IMG/VR virus record: IMGVR_UViG_3300031994_000006
Span: 96,001-160,000 of that record
Source: a virus
Taxonomy: Duplodnaviria; Caudoviricetes
Length of the DNA: 64,000 nucleotides
Reading direction: 5' to 3' (one strand)
In this document: positions 59,201 to 64,000 of the stretch, piece by piece
Layout: every line of letters starts with the position of its first letter
Position numbering within the stretch: the first letter of the stretch is position 1
Position numbers and translations under genes: made by a program
The notes under the pieces: model-generated
Databases searched by the model: none
What the model was told of the DNA's origin: nothing
What the model saw: the letters and a program-made list of their open reading frames with translations, nothing else

Positions 59201-59945
59201 GGTCGACTCGCCCAGTCCGGATCCGGCGCAGAAGGAGACGAAGGTCGGGTCCGCCGACTACGAGCCTGCCCACAAGGAGGCCAGGGTCGAGAGTCCTGAA
59301 TACACCCCCGAGCTGAAGGAGGCCGCCGTGAAGTCCCCCGACTATGAGCCTGCCCGCAAGGAGGCCAGGGTCGAGTCTGAGGAACCGTCCAACAGGATGA
59401 AGGAGGCCGTCGTCGTATCGCCCTATCAGGCCGCGGGCATGAGGGAAGCAAGGGTCGAGTCCCCGTCATATGAGCCCAGACTCAGGCCGCTGCTTGTCGG
59501 AGAGGACGGAATACCGGTCAGCGGCGAGCTCGTCGAACAGGAGGTCAGTTCGCCGGAACCTGAGCCGGAGCTTGACCGGTCAAGGCCCGAGGAGCCTGCA
59601 GAGGAGATACCCGAGGAGCCCAGGATACTGTCGGCCGCCGATATGTTCAGGTCGAACTACACACCGGCGCTCTCGCGTGCGGAGATAATAGATAAGTACG
59701 CGCATAAAAAGGAGCCTTCCGCCGTAAAGGAGACCGTGGCCTCTCCCTGGTCGGATCAGACGGTCAGGGACGAGCTCAGGGCTGACGGGACCGTCGGAGG
59801 CATGCTCGACGCGTATTCAAGGCTCAAGGAAGAGGGGCGGATAGGCCGTCCGGACAAGGTCGACGATCCGAAGGTCGGCTCCAATGATCCCAAGAGGCCG
59901 AGCGCCGCGGACAAGGGACGCAGGATAAACAAGCAGATACTATAA
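56274..59945 (+). CDS. 1223-aa structural protein: possible tail-tube/gp48-54-like N-terminal fold plus a long repetitive acidic C-terminus
   Basis: ITIKCLEGLD.KV..L..LYREAAWD and PITCFRCEMC segments (fold is inference); late-type GATATATA at 56243; adjacent to the gp5-like gene. Confidence 0.65.
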   Translation: MLTENFNIRKGFQFKERFERAPFEQRWDEPTYLTFKIEFDFDDVYSRLTSEMSFDDIPQGLLILPVTRLDPDPGETLELLVKELDPYDGQGQGAGFEESLIGSDSGYNQRINKYIGNVSDDKRYSALEYLLRRNEDYRAWCLARFLQGLTALQNEYQYYFQEIQGLDALSGLTPDKGWQIDKNAVITIKCLEGLDQKVKYLFYLYREAAWDAEYQRWILPDIYRYFKMNIFVSEIRTFHQSNFAESGAAADLLTSIATKYVNKWANQFLDKVADWTKGAIDVNVNMDLQRLNIISTAVPITCFRCEMCDFDIARNMYSDSYSINNDRPEESVLKIRVKKCEILNHWKIGGKDGILLKNLKSWLERQYGPDRAHAAYGFIQEGMHDEMWFNGTENLSDDDKSRGYSKVIADGWGMNAARGVLDTLSGKNGSGILDMAAGIYSTVKNAVAERRATKGEYVESAATNPSDEQESALISLVLTQMYANAMAAPAGTLSQAELEALRIAAHPSERLSDSSVYETIINQVAIIPHTHEPLFQDETIDGSVVQSAMPSFNMAEVEVGRFKDVSLRDVSVYGFADTSVESPDPSMMLADTSFRGVPLGELADTSFREVPLGELADTSFREVSVGRLVDTSFRGVPLGRLKPTSFREVSVGKLADTSFREVPLGGLSDTSFREVSVGVLADVSLTGSGPGGFADVSLTGSEPGGFTDVSIWSPGVDPILWPLGIPGDVDASTDSSVEIGEYEMLGLRDLDGVITGTGPGSFRPVEVSGVMHETSVGGLDGDYSPSFAEQEMTGTYNDPDMGEYSMTGAEPGAMAEVIVSSPDRPAGRIETAVDSAGRVPEMYETAVLSPVPVPAEVREQQIAGYEADNIPVREAQITGYGDIQSEVRETLIMGPDYSPMAPQVPSMQAPAVQTEPGDARPQGRDYAPVMSEAGVSSPDPDMSVAEHEVSSPAPEMPQGETRVDSPAPDMKVKEAGVDSPSPDPAQKETKVGSADYEPAHKEARVESPEYTPELKEAAVKSPDYEPARKEARVESEEPSNRMKEAVVVSPYQAAGMREARVESPSYEPRLRPLLVGEDGIPVSGELVEQEVSSPEPEPELDRSRPEEPAEEIPEEPRILSAADMFRSNYTPALSRAEIIDKYAHKKEPSAVKETVASPWSDQTVRDELRADGTVGGMLDAYSRLKEEGRIGRPDKVDDPKVGSNDPKRPSAADKGRRINKQIL
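58038..58410 (+). repeat. 39-bp (13-aa) tandem repeats LADTSFR(E/G)V(P/S)(L/V)Gx
   Basis: Seven well-conserved and three diverged units. Confidence 0.85.
59067..59486 (+). repeat. 42-bp (14-aa) degenerate repeats ExxVxSPxxxPxxK
   Basis: Ten consecutive units in the translation. Confidence 0.75.
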
Positions 59946-59955
59946 GACAGCAGAC

Positions 59956-60720
59956 ATGGACGCACAGGTACCACAGGTAGACCCGAACAAGTTCTATACG
60001 GGCGAGATTATCGACAACAGGGATCCGGACAAGCGCGGCAGGTGCAAGGTCCGCGTCATGAACGTCATGGACGGATTCGACGACAACTTCGTGCCGTGGG
60101 CATACCCGGCCATGATGTCGGTGTTCGCGGGCGAGGCGGGCGGAAACCTGTCCGTACCGAAGAAGGGCACGACGGTCCGCGTCAAGTTCATCGACGGCGA
60201 CGTGGCGCAGCCCGAGTACTACGCGACGCAGAAGGTCGACCACAACCTGACCAGGGAGATCAAGGACGACTATATCGGCTCGCACGTGCTCCTGTACGAC
60301 CATGAGAAGGACCTGGCCGTCATATACCAGCCGAACGCCGGCATACGCGTCTACCTGCAGGGCAGCTTCGTGCAGATAAGCGCCGACGGCATGATTACGA
60401 TAAACCATGCCGGTAATACGGGTATCATACAGCTGAAGAAGGAGGATATAGACGCCGTCGCCAAGAACGACATCACGATAAACGGACTGAACAACGTCAG
60501 CCTCGAGTCGAAGGTCGTGAACATCCAGGGAGCCGAGGCCGTGAATATCCAGGGCGACAGGCCCGACGAGGTCGCGGTCAACGGAAGGGCGCTGATAGAC
60601 CTGCTCCTGTACATGGCCCAGATGATAGACACGAAGGCCTATATGACGCCGGGCGTGTGCGTCGGCGAGGTCGCGGCGAGGATCCCGGCGATCCTCAATG
60701 AGAAGATCCACTACACCTGA
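59956..60720 (+). CDS. Baseplate hub/spike protein with gp5/VgrG N-terminal OB fold
   Basis: GEIIDNRDPDKRGRCKVRV..PWAYP..VPKKGTTVRVKFIDGD..P.Y. Confidence 0.85.
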   Translation: MDAQVPQVDPNKFYTGEIIDNRDPDKRGRCKVRVMNVMDGFDDNFVPWAYPAMMSVFAGEAGGNLSVPKKGTTVRVKFIDGDVAQPEYYATQKVDHNLTREIKDDYIGSHVLLYDHEKDLAVIYQPNAGIRVYLQGSFVQISADGMITINHAGNTGIIQLKKEDIDAVAKNDITINGLNNVSLESKVVNIQGAEAVNIQGDRPDEVAVNGRALIDLLLYMAQMIDTKAYMTPGVCVGEVAARIPAILNEKIHYT

Positions 60721-60910
60721 TATAGGAGCGGAGGTAATCCTCTGACACCTCTTTGTAGGCGCGCCTGTTTACGGATACGTAGACGGGCTTTCCCGTCTTC
60801 ATATGGCAGCCGAGCGCCTGATCTGCCTCGGTGAACCATCTGGTGCCCCTGTCGAGGATTTTGCCGGTCGGGGTCCTGCCCTCGCCTACCCTGAATATTA
60901 TGTCGTCCAT
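60695..60910 (-). CDS. Small hypothetical protein
   Basis: Fills the gap between two plus-strand genes. Confidence 0.45.
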   Translation of the reverse strand: MDDIIFRVGEGRTPTGKILDRGTRWFTEADQALGCHMKTGKPVYVSVNRRAYKEVSEDYLRSYIRCSGSSH

Positions 60911-60924
60911 GCCCTATATATCCT

Positions 60925-60953
60925 GTGACTGTATGTCCTGCCGGACGTTTAAA
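60925..60953 (+). promoter_or_regulatory. ECF-like promoter GTGACT-N15-CGTTTAAA
   Basis: Upstream of the exonuclease gene. Confidence 0.6.
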
Positions 60954-60978
60954 TTGATGAGATATAACCGTTTTTATA

Positions 60979-62172
60979 ATGAGACAGATTGTATTGTGTA
61001 TTGACTGGAGCAACATAGCGTTCCGCAGCCTCTATATGATGGGCGGATACGGCAGCGCCCCGGGATCGTTCGACACCAAGGACGAGTGCGACCGCTACAT
61101 CGGCAAGATGGCGACGGACATCGCGTATATCGTAAGGTCGTTCATGCCGTCCAAGGTGATTTTCTGTACGGACTCCAAGCATTCGTGGCGCAAGGACGTC
61201 TACGAGGACTACAAGGCCAACCGTGAGCGTCCTGACACGTTCAACTGGGACAACATCTTCGACGCGCTCAACCGCTTCAAGGCCCATCTGGAGTCCAAGG
61301 GCTACCTGTTCGCCGAGACCGAGCATGCCGAGGCGGACGATCTGATGGCGCTCATCAAGGAGACCGTCATCGACGCGGGATATCCGGATCTCGCGAACAT
61401 GAATGTCATACTGGTGTCGGCCGACGCCGATATCCGTCAGCTTATCACCTTCAACAAGGACACGCACCAGTACTGCGCGGTGTTCAATGAGATAGGCCGC
61501 GGACCCGGCGGCTTCAAGCACATCTACGTCACACCGGAGATGCTCGAGTGGTACAACGACACCACGACCGGCAACGACATCTTCTTCACTGGCCTCGACG
61601 CCGACCGTCAGTACCTCAAGGGCATACTCGACTCCAACCTCAAGATCCGCATCGAGGCGGTCGATCCGGAGTCGGTCCTGCTCACCAAGATATTCTGCGG
61701 CGACGACGGCGACAACGTGCCCGCGTTCTATGACTGGTACGGCAGTACCGGCAAGAAGGTCCGCGTGACGGCCACTAAGCAGAAGGCGCTGCTCGAGGCC
61801 CTTGGCGTGAATACGATGGCAGCGCTCGAGGCCGTAGGCCCTGAGGAGCTTCACAGCGCGCTCGAGACTGCGTGCAAGCGTGAGATTATAGATATCAGCG
61901 CGCCTGAGCGGCTGGAGCGGCAGAAGAAGCTCGTCGAGCTCAAATCGTCCAATTTCCCGAAGTCCATCCGGCTGTACGCCGCCGACGTGCTTCAGATGCT
62001 TCAGGACGGCAGATACCTGCAGAACGTAATATCGCTCAAGATGGATGATCTCATCAAGGGTTCCGACTTCGAGCAGACGCTGAAGCACGGCAACGCCAGG
62101 ATGGCCGAGGTGTTCCAGGGACTCGACAAGTATATCGCCGACAACCAGATTCAAGTGACCAAGTTGCTCTGA
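60979..62172 (+). CDS. T4 RNase H-like 5'-3' exonuclease / flap endonuclease
   Basis: IDWSNIAFR, SWRKDVYEDYKANR, EADD, SADAD..QL, GDDGDNVP. Confidence 0.9.
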   Translation: MRQIVLCIDWSNIAFRSLYMMGGYGSAPGSFDTKDECDRYIGKMATDIAYIVRSFMPSKVIFCTDSKHSWRKDVYEDYKANRERPDTFNWDNIFDALNRFKAHLESKGYLFAETEHAEADDLMALIKETVIDAGYPDLANMNVILVSADADIRQLITFNKDTHQYCAVFNEIGRGPGGFKHIYVTPEMLEWYNDTTTGNDIFFTGLDADRQYLKGILDSNLKIRIEAVDPESVLLTKIFCGDDGDNVPAFYDWYGSTGKKVRVTATKQKALLEALGVNTMAALEAVGPEELHSALETACKREIIDISAPERLERQKKLVELKSSNFPKSIRLYAADVLQMLQDGRYLQNVISLKMDDLIKGSDFEQTLKHGNARMAEVFQGLDKYIADNQIQVTKLL

Positions 62173-62173
62173 C

Positions 62174-62572
62174 ATGGAAGATTACGAATATAATGACAAT
62201 CCGCGGAAGGGACTGACCGTTCCCTGGCCCGAGACCGTCGTCCGGTTCGGTTCCGCGATGATCAGGCTCGACTATGTGATGTCTCTGCAGTTCGGCGTCA
62301 CGGGCCTCGATCAGGACATGTTCACACATTTCGTCAAGGTCATGTACGTCTCCAACCAGGAGCAGGTGCTGACGGGATCCCGTGAGGCGGTGTTCCACCT
62401 GCTCGAGCAGCTCGGCGACCGTAACTATTATGACAGGGTTACGCTCGCGTCTGTCACCAAGTTCGTACAGTCGCTTGACGATGTCAAGACACAGGAGGAT
62501 GTTATGAAGGCTTTCGCGGCGGCGCAGGAGGCGCAGGAGGCGAAGAAACAGAAGAAGCCGAAGAATGACTGA
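62174..62572 (+). CDS. Hypothetical protein
   Basis: In operon with the exonuclease. Confidence 0.7.
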   Translation: MEDYEYNDNPRKGLTVPWPETVVRFGSAMIRLDYVMSLQFGVTGLDQDMFTHFVKVMYVSNQEQVLTGSREAVFHLLEQLGDRNYYDRVTLASVTKFVQSLDDVKTQEDVMKAFAAAQEAQEAKKQKKPKND

Positions 62573-62595
62573 TTCCGTAATGTGAGCGAATGCTG

Positions 62596-62653
62596 AATCC
62601 TGCAGATAAACGCTGCAGGATTTTTCTGTTTCGGGGAAATCCGCTATCTTTGC
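62596..62653 (+). promoter_or_regulatory. Terminator/promoter cassette copy 6
   Basis: AATCCTGCAG-ATAAACG-CTGCAGGATT, 22 nt, TATCTTTGC. Confidence 0.8.
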
Positions 62654-62704
62654 GCCGTTGAAATAACGAATAACAGGAATACGGTAACAAAAAAAGATCA
62701 GATT

Positions 62705-63064
62705 ATGTCACGCACATTCAAGAAGAACATCCGCTGCTTCGTATGCTGCGGCAGCAATACGGAGTATTACAGGGCACGCCGCCGCAAGGTACGCCGCCGC
62801 TGTAATCATCAGCTTCGTACCCTTATGGCGAACCGCCTCCCCGAGGACGTCGACGACCTCTGGACCGATCCCTGCCTGCCGAAGGAGGATCAGTGGGACG
62901 AGCCTACTGACGGCCACTGGCATGAGAACCTGGATACTCTTAAGATGAATATCCGCATCTACGGACCCAAGGGCCTCTACTATGCCGACATGAAGCAGTT
63001 CAAGTACTACCTCAAGCCCCGTGTAAGCAGGTTTAAGGAAAAGATTTGCATTTTTTTGCATTAA
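62705..63064 (+). CDS. Basic Arg-rich hypothetical protein heading the tRNA region
   Basis: MSRTFKK...RARRRKVRRR. Confidence 0.7.
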   Translation: MSRTFKKNIRCFVCCGSNTEYYRARRRKVRRRCNHQLRTLMANRLPEDVDDLWTDPCLPKEDQWDEPTDGHWHENLDTLKMNIRIYGPKGLYYADMKQFKYYLKPRVSRFKEKICIFLH

Positions 63065-63121
63065 AACGGATTTTTTGGGAAAGTCCGTGAATATATAAAA
63101 TGAATTCAATCTGACAAAGGT

Positions 63122-63235
63122 ATGATTTTCGCAATAACAAATATACGTCCGGTGAACGTCTACGGTAATGATGACCGCAGGCGCGAAGGTACGTATGCAG
63201 AGGCCGGAAGGCCCGAGGGTTATACGGAAATATAA
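63122..63235 (+). CDS. Putative 37-aa leader peptide (attenuator)
   Basis: MIFAITNIRPVNVYGNDDRRREGTYAEAGRPEGYTEI, TAA TGA; immediately followed by the antiterminator strand. Confidence 0.5.
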   Translation: MIFAITNIRPVNVYGNDDRRREGTYAEAGRPEGYTEI

Positions 63236-63310
63236 TGATCCTGTCAGAAATTCAAGTTCAGATGAGTGCTGATTAGAGATTTCGGAATTATTGAATGATA
63301 TGAACGGATG

Positions 63311-63344
63311 ACAGGATTACCGGAGACGGGAATCCTGTTTTTTT
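63311..63344 (+). terminator. Intrinsic terminator upstream of the tRNA cluster, probably conditional
   Basis: ACAGGATT-A-CCG-GAGA-CGG-G-AATCCTGT followed by a T-run; the 5' arm can instead pair with 63236-63246. Confidence 0.75.
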
Positions 63345-63356
63345 ATGCCTGACGAT

Positions 63357-63385
63357 GTGACCGGCCGTAAACCGGAGCGTTTTAT
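63357..63385 (+). promoter_or_regulatory. ECF-like promoter GTGACC-N15-CGTTTTAT
   Basis: Matches the recurrent motif; lies between the terminator and boxA. Confidence 0.55.
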
Positions 63386-63451
63386 AGATACAAGGCGACT
63401 GCGGCCGCCTGGCAAGAAGGGCCTCAAGGGGTCCGGGCCGAAAACCGCGGA

Positions 63452-63467
63452 GTTCTTTGACATATTG
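63452..63467 (+). promoter_or_regulatory. rrn-type boxA antitermination element
   Basis: GTTCTTTGACATATTG fits the boxA consensus GYTCTTTRA(C/A)A. Confidence 0.65.
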
Positions 63468-63509
63468 ATACATGATATAGCAAGGGTGCGGATTCGTCCG
63501 CACCTGTCT

Positions 63510-63584
63510 GGGGGATTAGCTCAGCCTGGTTAGAGCGCCTGCATGGCATGCAGGAGGTCACGGGTCCGAATCCCGTATCCTCCA
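63510..63584 (+). tRNA. tRNA-Ala(GGC), no encoded CCA
   Basis: Acceptor GGGGGAT/ATCCTCC with G3:U70, D-arm GCTC/GAGC, anticodon arm CCTGC-ATGGCAT-GCAGG, T-arm ACGGG-TCCGAAT-CCCGT. Confidence 0.92.
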
Positions 63585-63597
63585 CACTATTTTAATT

Positions 63598-63691
63598 GCC
63601 GAGATAACGGCGTTGGTCTGTAAAACCAATCTGCTTTAACAAATTGTCGTAGTGGACTCGCAGTAAGCAGGTTCGAATCCTGCTCTCGGCA
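63598..63691 (+). tRNA. Atypical D-armless tRNA-Tyr(GTA)-like RNA
   Basis: Perfect acceptor stem GCCGAGA/TCTCGGC + A, anticodon arm TTGGT-CTGTAAA-ACCAA, T-arm GCAGG-TTCGAAT-CCTGC; only 8 nt where the D-arm should be; 37-nt variable region. Confidence 0.7.
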
Positions 63692-63703
63692 CATTTATCT
63701 TAA

Positions 63704-63942
63704 CAGAGCCTCCGTAAGCCGAGGAGAAAGGGCGTTGCAGAGCGGTCACCGGGACCTGTCATGAGTTCCGCCCGCCGATGACGCAGCCCGAATGCGGTGA
63801 AGTCCGATATACCGCATACCGTTGGCCGGCTGGGAATCGAAGGTGACGGCACGGAAGGGCGGACCTCCTGCCTGCAGGCACTGAGTTAGGGACACAGATT
63901 CCGGGATGTCGGGAACACGGTCAAGGTAACGGACAGGCTCTG
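63704..63942 (+). ncRNA. Candidate structured ncRNA of unknown family (~240 nt)
   Basis: Six nested helices found by eye; no ORF in the track; directly downstream of the tRNAs. Confidence 0.55.
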
Positions 63943-64000
63943 AACCATAACAGTATGACTGCTCTAATCCGGCGGACGCGCCGGTGGTAATGAGGCGCCC

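Noticed and set aside
3857-62653. Palindromic repeat as a CRISPR repeat, IS end or attC site
   Set aside because: Copies are kilobases apart with no spacer array; no cas, transposase or integrase gene is visible; position and T-run fit a terminator plus promoter
63632-63645. boxA-like TGCTTTAACAAATT inside the tRNA-Tyr-like variable region
   Set aside because: Lacks the TCTTT core spacing of boxA; probably coincidental
63692-63760. tRNA-associated HDV-like (theta) ribozyme or hammerhead
   Set aside because: I could not build the nested double pseudoknot or find the CUGAUGA/GAAA core
63790-63820. Cobalamin riboswitch suggested by CGGTGAAGTCCG
   Set aside because: No B12 box or other conserved elements and no downstream CDS visible

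Overview
A 64-kb segment of a large T4-like (myovirus-type) jumbo phage genome read in the standard genetic code. The host is probably Bacteroidota, inferred from TAnnTTTG-type promoters, no consistent Shine-Dalgarno sites, a DUF4494-like gene and a Bacteroidota-type boxA. Recognisable genes: T4 gp17-like terminase large subunit, gp5-like baseplate OB-fold protein, several very large virion/tail proteins (including a 3526-aa LamG + CotH-kinase-like + LRR protein), NrdD/NrdG, two HAD phosphatases, an RNase H/5'-3' exonuclease, a ribosomal protein S1-like protein, a GT25 glycosyltransferase and a putative nuclease-methyltransferase. A tRNA/ncRNA region begins at the right end. The non-coding DNA shows three promoter classes: six copies of a 58-59 bp terminator/host-type promoter cassette, seven RTGAYY-N14/15-CGT ECF-like promoters, and late-type NATA(A/G/T)ATA sites. 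The most striking candidate system is at 62596-63942: a 37-codon leader ORF with mutually exclusive antiterminator/terminator helices (an apparent translation-sensing attenuator), then an rrn-type boxA, tRNA-Ala(GGC), a D-armless tRNA-Tyr-like RNA and a ~240-nt multi-helix ncRNA. All calls were made by eye from motifs; no searches or folding programs were run.
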